Positions 1-14,037 of a DNA stretch of 64,000 nt are shown here, one piece after another. The number at the start of each line of letters is the position of its first letter. Position 1 is the first letter of the stretch. Made by a program: the position numbers and the translations under genes. The stretch is from Mustelus asterias (lineage: Eukaryota). The notes under the pieces were generated by a model, which had not been told where the DNA came from, ran no database searches, and saw nothing but the letters and a program-made list of their open reading frames with translations. The stretch lies in the NCBI RefSeq assembly GCF_964213995.1, contig NW_027590226.1:62001-126000 (forward strand), given 5' to 3'.

Positions 1-1318
1 AATGGTTGGGTTTCACTAAAATCTAGCGTGCAGACTTAGTTACACGACTGGCCTGGCCCTGTGCTGTAGACTCAATGGAACGGAGACAAATGTAGTTATT
101 TTAGATCTACCTGTAGTGGTGGAAAAACACTATTTATTATCCAGGAAAAAAGAAATATCCTTCATCAGCTTTTGTGGATCATTTCAGTGGAAATGTGCTC
201 TCCCAGGCTCAAAGAGCATCAGCCCACTGGAAGCAAAGTTGTGAGACCGGCCAGTCCAGCAGAAAGAAACCCTCCGACCCTCCCACTTCACCTACTGTCA
301 GAATGAACATGGTTCAGTCCTGGATGTGATCAACAGCAGCAATAACAGCAGAATCCAACTCCTGTCATCACTTGCAAACTCGCTGGTGTCTCAGCAGGTG
401 GGATGACTGAGTGAATCCCTTCCCTCACACAGAGCAGGCGAACGGCCTCTCCCCAGTGTGAACTCGCTGGTGTGTCAGCAGATGAGATGAATCAATAAAT
501 TTCTTCCCACAGTCAGAGCAGATGAACGGCCTCTCTCCAGTGTGAGATCGCCGGTGTCTCAGCATGTTTGATCGCAGAGTGAATCCCTTCCCACACACAG
601 GGCAGGTGAATGGCCTCACCCCCAGTGTGAGCCCGCTGGTGGTTCCACAGGGTGAAAACATCCCTGAATCCTTTCGCAAAAGCAGAGCAGCCAAAGGGCC
701 TCTCTCCTGTGTGAACCCGCTTGTGTATCAGTAAGTTTGATGGCTGCGTAAATCCCTTCCCGCACTCCGAGTAAGTGAAAGGTCTCTCCCCAGTGTGAAC
801 TCGCTGGTGAATCTGCAGGTTGATGAACTGAGTGAATCCTTTCCCACACACGGAGCAGATAAAAGGTCTCTCTCTGGTGCGGACTCGCTTGTGTGTTAGC
901 AGGTTTGATGATTCAGTGAATCCCTTTCCACACTCAGGGTAGGTGAATGGCCTCTCCCCAGTGTGAACTCGCTGATGTCTCAGCAGGCTGGAAGACTGAG
1001 TAAATCTCTTCCCACGTTCAGAGCAGGTGAACGGTTTCTCCCCGGTGTGAATTACCTGGTGTTTCAGCTGGCTGGATAACTGAGTGAATTCCTTCCCACA
1101 CTCTGTGCATTTGTACGGCCTCTCTCCAGTGTGAACTCGCTGGTGCATCCGCAGGATGTTTAACTCAGTGAATCCATTTCCAGACTGAGGGCAGGTGAAC
1201 GGTCTCTCCCCGGTGTGACTGCGCTGATGGGTTTCCAGTGCAGATGGGAACTGGAATCCCCACCCTCAGTCTCCACATTTCCACGGCTTCTTCATGGTGC
1301 GGATGTCCTTGTGACTCT

Positions 1319-1470
1319 TTGATTTGATTCATTATTGTCACATGTATTAGTATGCAATGGAAAGTATTGTTTCTTGCGCGCTATACAGACAAAGCATACT
1401 ATACACAGAGAAGGAAAGGAGAGGATGTAGAATGTAGTGTTAGTTATAGCTAAGGTGCAGAAAAAGATCT
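1319..1470 (-). mobile_element. Short non-LTR retrotransposon 3' fragment (probably Rex1/Babar-like) inserted in the ZNF exon
   Basis: Interrupts the ZNF coding pattern and has a (gattt)n-type tail. Family call is from recollection of shark repeats only. Confidence 0.4.
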
Positions 1471-1694
1471 CCAGGTTTGACGATCAGTTGAAGCCTCATC
1501 CACACACAGAACACGGGTACAATCTCTCCCCGCTGTGAATGCTGTGATGTATTTTCAGGCTGTGTAACAGGTTAAAGCTCTTTCCACACTCAGTGCACTG
1601 GAACACTCTCACTCGGGTGTGTGTGTGTCTCAGTGCTTTTCAAGTCACACCAACGATTAAAGTCTTTTGAAGCAGACAGAACAGAGAAACATTT

Positions 1695-2033
1695 CATAGA
1701 ATCATAGAAACCCTACAGTGCAGAAGGAGGCCATTCGGCCCATCGAGTCTGCACCGACCACAATCCCACCCAGGCCCTACCCCCACATATTTACCCACTA
1801 ATCCCTCTAACATACGCATTTTAGGATTCTAAGGGGCAATTTTTAACCTGGCCAATCAACCTAACCCGCACATCTTTGGACTGTGGGAGGAAACCAGAGC
1901 ACCCGGAGGAAACCCACGCAGACACGAGGAGAACGTGCAAACTCCACACAGACAGTGACCCGAGCCGGGAATCGAACCCAGGACCCTGGAGCTGTGAAGC
2001 AGCAGTGCTAACCACTGCGCTACCGTGCCGCCC
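1695..2033 (-). mobile_element. HE1-type V-SINE (tRNA-derived head, CR1-like tail)
   Basis: On the minus strand: ggcggcacggtagcgcagtggttagcac head with B-box ggttcgattcc, V-domain gtgtggagtttgcac, tail (ttctatg)n. Confidence 0.85.
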
Positions 2034-3391
2034 TTCTAGATTCAAAGGCCGATGATATTCAGGTCCCAATGAATTAAGAGACTCTGTCAGATGTTGTCTT
2101 TCGTCTGTCAATTCTCGCCTTCTGATATCCTGTAAAAGAAGTTTACAAAATACATCAGTGTCAGCACTGGATAGAAATTCAAAACAGACAATTCTAGTTT
2201 TGATGGAACATTCTTTCCTCTCTCATTCCCCAAAAATCATAAATCTCCATCCCACTCATTCTCCCTCCATTCTCACTCTGCTGTATCTAATATTCACCCT
2301 CCCAATTCTCCTGAAGGGACCAATTCTTGCTGACCAATAGATCCATGCTCACTGATTTTATATATGTTTATTGGACTAAAAACCGATGTAATACACAGTA
2401 CTGTGTTACTGGATACATGGGGGATGTGCAGAATAACTTGATTTCAGCAGCATGTGGAAGTGGAGGTAGATGGCACCAGAAGGAAATAAACTGACAAATT
2501 TACTTGCAACGGGGATATGGAGGGGGGACTGGGACTGACTGAATGTAACCAGTACTTTAAAATTATAAGGGTCGAGAAAGGGTAAACAGAACTGCCATGT
2601 TTCCCATAGCAGAAGGTGCGATTACCAGGGAGTGTAGGTTTAACACAGAAAATGACAGAGCTCAAGAGTCTGATGAAGGGTCAACCAGACTTTAACGTTG
2701 GTTCTATTCTCTCGCCACAGATGCTGTCAGACCTGCTGAGATTTTCCAGCATTTTCACTGTTTTTTTGTTCAGATTGCAGCATCTGCAGTATTTTGCTTT
2801 TCACATAGATTTAAAGTGACTGGTGGACAGTTTACAGGGGACAGGAGGAAAAACCTTTTCTCCCAGGTCGGCATCTCAAATTCAGCCCAAGGTGAGATGA
2901 AGCTGAAACGAGAGTCGGCATGGACTCGAGTTACTGAATGAACTCCTTCTGTGCTGTAATGACTCTGACTGGAAACATACAGCATAGCTACAGAATTATA
3001 TTACTAAACTAGAAATAATCATAAATGTATTTCATTACAGGACTACAAATAATATATCTAATCTGTATCATATAATAACACTAGATATATCTCTGTCCTA
3101 TATTAATTTACTGTCCCCTTAAATGTCAGCCATCTCCTGGAGAAACCAGTCCTTTAATTTAATAACATTCGGAAAGAGATCATCATTTTAGCCAGACAAA
3201 TCAATGTGTCAAGCTGAGGGAGCAAAGGATGTCAATGCATTTAAAATAGAGAGAGAGACCTGGGCCAATCTTTCCAGAGTCTGCACCCTCCCTGGATTCA
3301 CTTATTTTCCTTCAGTAGCTGCAAGTCCCCAATTTCCCCCCAGAATGAGAAAAGAAATGGAAAGAGGGAGAAAATAAAGTGTTTTACTCAC

Positions 3392-3700
3392 AGATGTTGC
3401 CTCTTTTTAGGTCAAACCAAATAAACAAACTCAGATTAAGTCAGGACAGATTTTGGAGACAGGAAGAGGTTTCAATCTTCATTCACACAAAGCCCGCGCT
3501 CTGATTGGCTGGAGGACCACAGTCCTTCCGGTCCTCCAACTCTTCGCATTGGTCAACACCTCAGCCTGAAGGTCAGGCTTTGGGCTCGACCCCACATATG
3601 CGCCGCTTCCCCTCCCCATGCTCAGTCCCTGGTCACCTCCCGCGCGGCAGATAGAGCGGTTTCCTAGCGCGGGGGAGTGAGAGAGCTGCGGCCGCCATTA
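3392..3700 (-). promoter_or_regulatory. Probable promoter and non-coding first exon of the ZNF gene
   Basis: Donor ct|gtgagtaa at 3391, CCAAT boxes (ctgattggctgg ~3501, cattggtc ~3547), CpG-rich patch 3595-3700. Confidence 0.45.
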
Positions 3701-4418
3701 CGCATCTGGAGCCCTGTCTCCAAACTTCTGAGACTGGGATGGCAAGTGGGAGTTGGGGGGGGGGGGGGAAGGGGGTGCGCAGTGACCCCACCTTGACGCT
3801 AAGTACATGTGGGGAGTCATTGGATTGGGTTGGGATGTCCCCTTAGCAAAACAGTTTATTAACTTCTGGTGGAACGATTTAGCCTCCCAACTCCTGGGAA
3901 TTAGTCCTTAAATTGACAAATGCCCCTTCCAACACGCCCTTCCCCCAACTTCCTCTCCGCCTTCTCACTTCCCCGTCCACCTCACCCCGTCACCCTTCCC
4001 CATCTCCTCCTACCTTCCCCCCTCCATCCCTCTCACCATCTCCCCCCTCTCTTTACCTGTCCCCCTTCTCCCGACACCCCTCCCCCTCGGACCACCCCTC
4101 CATCCACCAACCTCCCACTGCTTCCCATTCCACCCCACCCTCCCCTCAACTTCCACCCCCACCTTCCCCGTCCCTTTCCACCCACCACCCTCCCCACCCT
4201 CTCTCCTTGGAGAGAACATTCTTAATTAACCTATGGAGGCAAGATAGGAATTTTCATTCTAAAGTTCCTATCTGACCTCTGTCGGTTTATTATTAAAACT
4301 TCACCCAAAGTCTTGTTTGTAATCTGGAAACTGTTTGTTCCTCAAACAAGTAAACAACCTTGCTGATATGAGAACCTTGATGTGGAGCATTTGACTAACC
4401 TGTTTTCACAGTATACAT

Positions 4419-6539
4419 CAGTAGTTCCTAAACTTTTTCCACTGGGTCGCACTTTCGGAACAAAAATTTGCTTGCGCCACACCGAATTCTTTATTGATAA
4501 GAAATACATTCATAGAACATAGAACATAGAACAGTACAGCACAGAACAGGCCCTTCGGCCCACGATGTTGTGCCGAGCTTTATCTGAAACCAAGATCAAG
4601 CTATCCCACTCCCTATCATCCTGGTGTGCTCCATGTGCCTATCCAATAACCGCTTAAATGTTTCTAAAGTGTCTGACTCCACTATCACTGCAGGCAGTCC
4701 ATTCCACACCCCAACCACTCTCTGCGTAAAGAACCTACCTCTGATATCCGTCCTGTATCTCCCACCACGAACCCTATAGTTATGCCCCCTTGTAATAGCT
4801 CCATCCACCCGAGGAAATAGTCTTTGAACGTTCACTCTATCTATCCCCTTCATCATTTTATACACCTCTATTAAGTCTCCCCTCAGCCTCCTCTGCTCCA
4901 GAGAGAACAGCCCTAGCTCCCTCAACCTTTCCTCATATGACCTACCCTCCAAACCAGGCAGCATCCTGGTAAATCTCCTCTGCACTCTTTCCAGCGCTTC
5001 CACATCCTTCTTATAGTGAGGTGACCAGAACTGCACACAATATTCCAAATGTGGTCTCACCAAGGTCCTGTACAGTTGCAGCATAACCCCACGGCTCTTA
5101 AACTCCAACCCCCTGTTAATAAAAGCTAACACACTATAGGCCTTCTTCACAGCTCTATCCACTTGACTGGCAACCTTTAGAGATCTGTGGATATGGACCC
5201 CAAGATCTCTCTGTTCCTCCACAGTCTTCAGAACCCTACCTTTGACCCTGTAATCCACATTTAAATTTGTCCTACCAAAATGAATCACCTCACATTTATC
5301 AGGGTTAAACTCCATTTGCCATTTTTCAGCCCAGCTTTGCATCCTATCTATGTCTCTTTGCAGCCTACAACAGCCCTCCACCTCATCCACTACTCCACCA
5401 ATCTTGGTGTCATCAGCAAATTTACTGATCCACCCTTCAGCCCCCTCCTCTAAGTCATTAATAAAAATCACAAAGAGCAGAGGACCAAGCACTGATCCCT
5501 GCGGCACACCGCTAGCAACCTGCCTCCAATCCGAAAATTTTCCATCGACCACCACCCTCTGTCTTCGGTCAGACAGCCAGTTACCTATCCAATCGGCCAA
5601 CTTTCCCTCTATCCCACACCTCCTCACTTTCATCATAAGCCGACCATGGGGGACCTTATCAAACGCCTTACTAAAATCCATGTATATGACATCAACTGCC
5701 CTACCTTCATCAACACACTTAGTTACCTCCTCAAAAAATTCTATCAAATTTGTGAGGCACGACTTGCCCTTCACGAATCCGTGCTGACTATCTCGGATTA
5801 ATCCGCATCTTTCTAAATGGTCGTAAATCCCATCCCTAAGGACCCTTTCCATCAATTTACCAACCACCGAAGTAAGACTAACCGGTCTATAATTACCAGG
5901 GTCATTTCTATTCCCTTTCTTAAACAGAGGAACAACATTCGCCATTCTCCAGTCCTCTGGCACCATCCCCGTGGACAGCGAGGACCCAAAGATCAGCGCC
6001 AAAGGCTCTGCAATCTCATCCCTTGCCTCCCACAGAATCCTAGGATACATTTCATCAGGCCCAGGAGACTTATCGACCTTCAGTTTATTCAAAACTGCCA
6101 AGACATCCTCCCTCCGAACATCTATTTCCTCCAGCCTATTTGCCTGTAACACCTTCTCTTCCTCAAAAACATGGCCCCTCTCCTTGGTGAACACTGAAGA
6201 AAAGTATTCATTCATCACCTCGCCTATCTCTACTGACTCCATACACAAGTTCCCACTACTGTCCTTGACCGGCCCTAACCTCACCCTGGTCATTCTTTTA
6301 TTCCTCACATAAGAGTAAAAAACAAAATTCAAAAACAAAAAAAACAACTCCTCGCAGTGCTTGATTCATAACATAGAACACAACTACTTTATAATATCAT
6401 GGGACATTCAGAAAGTATAAAACAATGCTTGTTTAAACCATGTTTAAATGTTTCTTTGATTGTCCTTGAATCTTCCCGCCACACTTGCCATCCTCTCTCG
6501 CCGTACCAGTGTGGCGCGCCGCATCCTTTGGGAACACTG
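4419..6539. mobile_element. Non-autonomous hAT-Charlie-like DNA element, split by a CR1 insertion
   Basis: Termini cagtagttcctaaact ... ctttgggaacactg. 8-bp TSD gtatacat (4411-4418) / gtctacat (6540-6547). Confidence 0.7.
4511..6320 (-). mobile_element. Young 5'-truncated CR1 LINE, uninterrupted RT part of ORF2
   Basis: ORF 4596-6347 has [39 protein letters not shown]; (ttctatg)n tail. Confidence 0.95.
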
Positions 6540-6547
6540 GTCTACAT

Positions 6548-7487
6548 TAACGATTTGGAGGAAGGAACTGAAGGCACCGTTTATAAGTTTGTAGATGATA
6601 CAAAGATATGGAGAGGGACAGGTAGTATTGAGGAAACAGGAAGGCTGCAGAAGGGCTTGGACAGGTTAGGAGAGTGGGCAAAGAATTGGCAGGTCGAATA
6701 CAATGTGGAAAAGTGTGAGGTTATGCATTTTGAAAGGAGGGATGGAGGCATAGACTATTTTCTAAATGGGAAAATGCTCAGGAAATCAGAAAGACAAAGG
6801 GAGTCATTGTTCAAGATTCTCTTAAGGCTAACATTCAGTCAGCAGTTAGGATCGCAAATGCAATGTTAGCATTCATGTTGAGAGGGCTAGAATACAAGAG
6901 CAGGGATGTACCTCTGAGACTGTATAAGGCTCTGGTCAGACCCCATTTGGAGTATTGTGAGCGGTTTGGACACCATATCTAAGGAAGGATGTGCTGGCCT
7001 TGGAAAGGATCCAGGGGAAGTTCACAAGAATGATCCCTGGAATGAAGAGCTTGTCGTATGAAGAACGGTTGAGGACTCTGGGTCTGTACTCGTTGGAGTT
7101 TAGAAGGATGAGGGAGGATCTTATTGAAACTTACAGAATACTGCGAGGCCTGGATAGGGTGGACGTGGAAAGGATGTTTCCAAAAGTAGGAAAAACTAGA
7201 ACCAGAGGGCACAACCTCAGGCGAAAGGATCGTCCCTTTAAAACAGAGATGAGGAGGAATTTCTTGAGCCAGAGAGTGGTGATCCTGTGGAACTCTTCAC
7301 TGCAGAAAGCTGTGGAGGTCAGGTCATTGAGGGATAGATAGGTTCTTGATTGATAAGGGGATCAGGGGTTATGGGGAAAAAGCAGGAGAATGGGGAATGA
7401 GAAAAAAAATCAGCCATGATTGAATGGTGGAGAAGACTCGATGGGCCGAGTGGCCTAAGTCTGCTCCTATGTCTTATGGTCTTATGT
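6548..7487 (+). mobile_element. Older degenerate CR1 LINE 3' part (continues left of the hAT element at ~4400-4418)
   Basis: VYINDLEEG...KFVDDTK...CEVMHF and RIQGKFTRMIPG fragments with frameshifts; tcttatg tail. Confidence 0.85.
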
Positions 7488-7957
7488 GATTTTACTCTAA
7501 TGCAGGAGTATTACGTCTATCACCCCTTTTACTAAATCTATTAATTCACTCTGACATTTCCCCCCTTTTGTTCATTGGCCTTGTCCAAGGTAGCCAACTT
7601 CCTTTCCCTTTACAATCTTCTTCTCACAACTAATTTTTAGATATAATTGAAGCGGTATAATTGGATATAAAAGCAGTGATAACATATAATTGCTGTATAA
7701 ATTGCATAGATTCAAAAAGATTCTCAAGCTGTCCCTTAACCTGCTCCATCTTGTAATAATTCTTATTCAGTATTATTTCTCCCTCGCCTTTATTTGTCCC
7801 AATCCAAAATCCTTTTTACTTTAATTTGTTCTTCCAGTCAGTTTCTCTGGAGTTTGAGTCAGTGCCTTGATCATTTCAAAATGATTTCTTACTCTTCAGG
7901 CCACATTAACCATTTCATGTCACGCTGTTAGTCAAGCAGCTGAGAAAGTCCTATTTG

Positions 7958-8262
7958 AATCATAGAATCATTGCAGTGCAAAAGGAGGCCATTTGGCCCA
8001 TCGAGTCTGCACAGACCACAATCCCATCCAGGGGCTATCTGCATAACAACACTTATTTCCCCTGCTCGTCTCCCTGACACTAAGAGGCAATTTACGATGG
8101 CCAATCAACTTAACCTGCATATCTTTGGAGTGTAGGAGTAAACCGGAGCACCCGGAGGAAACCACGGCGAGGATGTCTGTGTGGAGTTTGTACAATCACC
8201 CGAGGCCGGAATAGACACGGGTCCCTGGCACTGTGAGGCAGCCATTGTGCCACCATGCCACC
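7958..8262 (-). mobile_element. Degenerate HE1-type SINE
   Basis: Similar to 1695-2033 with internal deletions. Confidence 0.7.
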
Positions 8263-8491
8263 CTTCATTCTTCAGTACAGCTGCACCATGTACTCTTGGA
8301 TGTTAGTTCATTCCCAATTTACAAACCACTTCTGCAATCACACATAAGTGTTCCAATTCCATCTTCAATCCTCTGTTGGAGCCTCACCTTAAAATGCCAT
8401 GTTCACACATTTCCCTACCTATTAAATGTTGTCTCTCATGTTGTTATTTATCAGAGAGTGTTCTTTTGTCCTGCTTGTTGGCATCTCTCTG

Positions 8492-8895
8492 CCCTCCCCG
8501 ACTTGCGCCCCCCCCGACTTGCGCCCCCCCGACTTGCGCCCCCCCCCGACTTGCGCCCCCCCGACTTGCGCCCCCCCGACTTGCGCCCCCCCTGACTTGC
8601 GCCCCCCCCGACTTGCGCCCCCCCTGACTTGCGCCCTCCCCGACTTGCGCCCCCCCCGACTTGCGCCCCCCTGACGTGCGCCCCCCGACTTGCGCCCCCC
8701 CCCCGACTTGCGCCCCCCCCGACTTGCGCCCCCCCGACTTGCGCCCCCCCCGACTTGCGCCCCCCCGACTTGCGCCCCCCCCGACTTGCGCCCCCCGACT
8801 TGCGCCGCCCCCGACCTGCCCCCCCCCGACCTGCGCCCCCCCCGACCTGCGCCCCCCCCGACCTGCGCCCCCCCCCCCGACTTGCGCCCCCCCCG
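8492..8895. repeat. GC-rich minisatellite (gacttgcg + C-run)n, G4-prone on the minus strand
   Basis: Directly visible; about 20+ units with variable poly-C length. Confidence 0.95.
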
Positions 8896-11800
8896 CTTCC
8901 CATCTCCAGCTGTTCCCCCCAACTCCTTTCCCACAGACCCAAAACCCGCTGCTGAATCTCCCTCTTCCTCCCCTTACTGCCAATGCCCTATAGATTCCTC
9001 TCTCGGCTCAATCCCCCCCGAACCCCTCTCCTGAACCCACTCCCAATCCTTTTAAACCCGCCACCCTCAGTCTCTCACCCCCAAATTCCCCTCCCCCCCG
9101 CCTCCAGCCTCCCCCCAAAACCCCTCCTTAAATCCCCACTCCAGAAACCCACTCTAAATCCCTCCACGTACACACCTCTCATCTCACTCGGCCCCCTTCC
9201 CCGATCCTCTCTGCCCCTCCCCCCGAGCCTCTCTGCCCAATCTTCTCCAATCCCACTCTAATCACCCCCCCACTCACTCTCTCTCAGGAACTCACCGCCA
9301 AAGCCCTCTGAGCCCCTCCCAATCCTTCTCAACCCGCTGCCCTCAATCTCCACTAATTCCCCCCCCCAAAACTCCTCTTTCCCCCACCTGATTCCCCCTG
9401 TCCCTCTGCCCGATCTCCTTTAATCCGACTCTGTAAGCACCCCCTCCCCCCGCTCAATCTCTCTGACACCCACTGCCAATTTGACTCTCAGCCCCCTGAA
9501 TCCTCCAAGTTCCTGCCCCAAATCCTCAGCTCCCCCCCCAAAGGCTCCCTTTGCCCCCCCTGCCAAAATCAAGCCACCCAATCCTTCCTCAGTCCTCCCC
9601 ACCCCTGAATCCCTCTGAGTCACCCCCCCCCGCTCCGAATCGCTCGACACCCCCCCAATTCTAACCCTGATGCAAGGCTCCACCCTAAATCCCTCTCTGA
9701 ATTTCCCCCCTCCCAAATCCCTATAAATCCACCCCGCCCTCAATCCCTTTCCCTCCACCCCGACTCGCCCCCCCCGCTAACTCCCTCTGACTCCCTACCC
9801 CATCCAGACCCTCCCCAAAGTCTAAGCCCCTGAGATTCCTCTAGAATGCCCCCTGAATGTCTCCCGAGATCACCCCCACCCTCGCCACATTCCTCTGCCC
9901 CCGAATCCTGCTCCCTCTCCAATCCCACCCCTTCAATCTGTCTGAGCACCAAACCATGTCTTTTAATCCCCGTAAACCCCCCAATCCCTCCTGTATCCCT
10001 CAGACCCCCAGAAATCCCCCTCTAAGCCCCCCCTTCCCGAATCCCCCTCAATTCCCCCCGATTCCCTCCCTCTCAGCCCCGCTAAATCCCAAAGTCCCCA
10101 TGAGACCCTTAAATCCCCGAATCCCTCTAATTCCCGACCACAATCCCTGAGTCTCCCCCTACATCCCTCTCCACTCTCCCCCTTTAATCCCCCTCAATTC
10201 CCCCCCCCCCCCCCACTCCAGCCAAATCTGTCGTCCCTCCTCACAATCCCTCTAAATCTCCCGATCCTTCCCTCTGAGCCCCGTATCCCTCTAAGTTCCC
10301 CTCTTTCCCCCCCCCCCCCCCCGCCCCTCTCAACCTGGCAAATTCCCACTCCCTCCCTGTGAACAGCCTCTGGACTGACAGATCCCCCCCCTTTCTAATT
10401 AGTACCCCCCCTCCCACCGCGCGTCCATCCCCGTCCACCACCCCCCTGTAAACAGCTCCTGGTGGAGTTGGATGTGGAAACTCTGCCCATTTTAAACATT
10501 AACGTTCAAATGACTAATTCCCTTGACACTGAGCAGCCTGTGTTATAACATCCCCCACCCCCATCCTGTACAACAGACCCCCTGTCTGATTCCCCCTCCC
10601 CCCTCCTCCATTTCCCCCTTTCTCTGATAACCCCTGACTCTGGTCAGCCTGTGTTATAATATTGCCCCCACTTGTACAACAGCCTCCCCCACCGGCCCCT
10701 TCCCTCTCTGTCTAATAGCCCCTGGCTCTGAACAAGCCCCTGTATTACACACTCCCCCCTTTCAGCAGTGCTGGATCCCTCTGAATTGCCCCCGATTCCC
10801 TCCCTCTGCGTTCCTGGGCCTTTGCTGCTTGTGAACAGCAAACCCGTGATCTGGCCCGTCCCCCACGAGAGAGCAGAGAGAGAGATATAAGAGACAGAGA
10901 AGCAGAGATATAGAGATGGAGATAGAGAGAATGCTGCTGTAATTCAGACAGAATGATTCACAGAGAGGGGGAAGCAGATAGAGAGAGGGAAGCGATAGAG
11001 AGAGAGATAAGAGACAAATAAAAGCAGAGTTAAAGTTAACATTTTATTTGTTAATCACAAGTAGGCTTACATTAACACTGCAATGAAGTTATTGTGAAAA
11101 GATATAGAGATGGGGAGTGAGAGAGAATGCTGCTGTACTTCAGACAGAATGAGTTACAGAGAGGGAGCAGAGATAGACAGAGGGGGGAGCAGAGATAGAG
11201 AGAGAGACGGAGAGGAGGCTGCTGTGATTGAGATAAAATGATCCACAGAGAGAGAGATGTCCAGAGAGGCTGAGATACAAAGTGAGATGTCGAGATAAAT
11301 AGAAAGTGGGGCTTTGGCAAGACAGAGTGACAAAGTTTCAGAGAGAGTGAAAGATAGAGAGAAGGAGAGAAAAAGGGAAAGATGCTGCCATTGTGAGAGG
11401 CTGAGGTATAAAGGATGGGGAGAGACAGGGATTGGAAAGATGTGGAGAAACAGTTCTGAGGATGGGGGAGTTGCACAGACAGAGCTTCAGGGAGAGGGAT
11501 TGAAATCTGTGGGATTACATTGGAGCAGGGATCACTGGGAATACCCCCCTCCCCCTGACACACAGACCACTAACCCTCCGTGTAAAAGCCCCACCAGTCT
11601 ATCTGTGAATAAAAATGAACGACAAAGACACGGGGACTTTTATTAATATTTTTCTCTCTGGTTATAGCTCTTGTCCGAGGATTCCTCACGGCAAAACTAT
11701 TCGCTCTCTGCATCGCCAAAGTTTCCAAAGGAATTCTCCTTGGAAGAGAGAAAGAGAAAATAAAGTGAAATTTGATTAAACACAAAACAAAAGCTGATTA

Positions 11801-12405
11801 AAAACAATAAAAGGCACAGCAAGATCCCAGGACTTGCTGAAATTCACAATCTCACTGGGGGGGGGGTGGGGGAAACATTCATTTTCACCTCCTCATTATT
11901 AAACCCTGACAAAATGGGAACACGTTTCAAATGAAATGAACTTCCAACTGCCTCCTGACTGTCCCGATATTGAATTTATTAAACACGTCAAAGTATTCTG
12001 GGGGCTTTACTCCAGAGACAGGCCAGTGAATAAACACAGGAGGCCCCAATGAAGTTCCCACTTCTATCAGTCACCTCTCCCCCCCCCCTCTGTTTCTCCC
12101 TCTCCGTCTCCTACACACTTCCCCCAGATCTATATCTGTCCAATACCCCGTCTCTGGATAACCTGTCCTGATCTCTGCTCTGTTTCTCTCTCTCGAGGTG
12201 AATCTGGATTGAAATGCTCTCTCTAAGTTTCTGTCTGACCGTTTAAAATGAAACTCACAATCAAGGGAAATGAGAGGGGGGCGGGTGCAGGAAAATCCAC
12301 AATCCCACCCTGAAGCGGCTGCTTCACATTTTATTGAACCATTGAATTCAGCCACTTAAACCCTGTTGGGGAATTAAGCGAATGCAAAAGTGCTGCTGAG
12401 ATTTA

Positions 12406-12895
12406 TAGAACAGTATAGCACAGAACAGGCCCTTCGGCCCACGATGTTGTGCCGAGCTTTTTCTGAAACCAAGATCAAGCTATCCCACTCCCTATCATCC
12501 TGGTGTGCTCCATGTGCCTATCCAATAACCGCTTAAATGTTCCTAAAGTGTCTGACTCCACTATCACTGCAGGCAGTCCATTCCACACCCCAACCACTCT
12601 CTGCGTAAAGAACCTACCTCTGATATCCTTCCTGTATCTCCCACCACGAACCCTATAATTATGCCCCCTTGTAATAGCTCCATTCACCCGAGGAAATAGT
12701 CTTTGAACGTTCAATCTATCTCTCCCCTTCATTTTATAAACCTCTATTAAGTCTCCCCTCAGCCTCCTCCGCTCCAGAGAGAACAGCCTGAGCTCCCTCA
12801 ACCTTTCCTCATAAGACCTACCCTCCAAACCAGGCAGCATCCTGGTAAATCTCCTATGCACTCTTTCCAGCGCTTCCACATCCTTCCTATAGTGA
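12406..12895 (-). mobile_element. Short 5'-truncated CR1 (same subfamily as 4511-6320), left arm only
   Basis: Nearly identical 3' end (…DRHMEHTRMIGSGIA). The empty site is in the right arm at ~38490 (ggcctaaatctc). Confidence 0.9.
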
Positions 12896-14037
12896 GGCCA
12901 TGAAGTGCGGCCTAGTCACAGAGGCTGCATTATTCCTCAGGTAGAAAGAACAAACCCCCCTCTCTCCCACCCCCCAGTTAAACAGAACAATCTTCTCCAT
13001 CCGCACCCACAAATCCCAGCGCCCTGTCTAAACACACAAGCAGGACTCTGGGATTGAGAACAAAGCCTTTCCCCCAGGCTCAGGAATTTGAATTTCAGCT
13101 CCCTCTCCCTCCCGAGTGCTTCACAGTGAGAGGGAGAGAGAGAGACTGGGAATGCTGCAATCAGGATCCCACAGGGAGTCCCACACTGCAGGAGGACACC
13201 TCCCCCGCCCCCCCCAGAGCCTCTGTCTCTATCCCCCACCCCCCTCCACTGAGCCCCCCACACTCCCCACCCATTCTCTGTTCCTCTCTCTCTACCCCAC
13301 CCTCCTTCCTCTCCATCTTTTCATGTTTAAAGTGTGGGGTGCTGTCACAGTGCAGGGAATATGGGGCGGGGAGGAGGGCACAGCAAGATCCCACACACAG
13401 TCTGAGCAGGGCCAGATACAAAGTGATTTTTAAGTGAGGATTGGGCTAAAGTGAGTGGGCAATGAGGGAACCACACTTCTCCCTCTCTCTCTCTCCCTCG
13501 CTCCCCACCCACCCTCCATCTCTCCCCCACCCCAAATAAAAATAATGACGAGTCACTCCAGGATTGGGGCTGTTTGTACATTCGATATGAGCAGGGAACC
13601 TTCCACTCCGAGCACAGTCACACCTCTCTCTCCCATTCCCTCTGTCTCTCGCTGTTTCTTTCTCTCTGCCTGTTTCTCTGCCTCTATCTCTGAACCTGTC
13701 CAGCCCCCTCTGTGTCTCTTTTGCTTTCCCCCCAGATCTATATATATATCCAATACCCCATCTCTGCCCCGGTCTCTCCTACTCTGGATAATCTGTCCTG
13801 ATCTCTGCTCTGTTTCTCCGTCTGGGGATGAATGGGGATTAAAATGCTCTCTCTGATAAGTTTCTGTCTGACCGTTTAAAATAATGACGTGTTGTGGGCC
13901 ACGTTTGCTATTTCTCAGTGATTTCCATGGGGAAATAGAACATAGAACATAGAACATAGAACATTACAGCGCAGAACAGGCCCTTCGGCCCACGATGTTG
14001 CACCGACCAGTTAAAAAAAAAACTGTGACCCTCCAAC

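Larger units (their letters stand above)
366..2129 (-). pseudogene. C2H2 zinc-finger array gene (shark ZNF-cluster type), disrupted main exon
   Basis: Tandem CxxC...[11 protein letters not shown] fingers in ORFs 513-1148 and 425-694. There is a frameshift near 620, in-frame TGA stops near 1266 and 425, and several fingers have lost a Cys. A LINE fragment (~1319-1470) and a SINE (1695-2033) sit inside the exon. Splice acceptor cttttacag ends at 2130. Confidence 0.85.

Noticed and set aside
8376-9034. Many overlapping Pro/Gly-rich ORFs
   Set aside because: Translations of the GC minisatellite; the same applies to 41413-42143 and 20854-21445.
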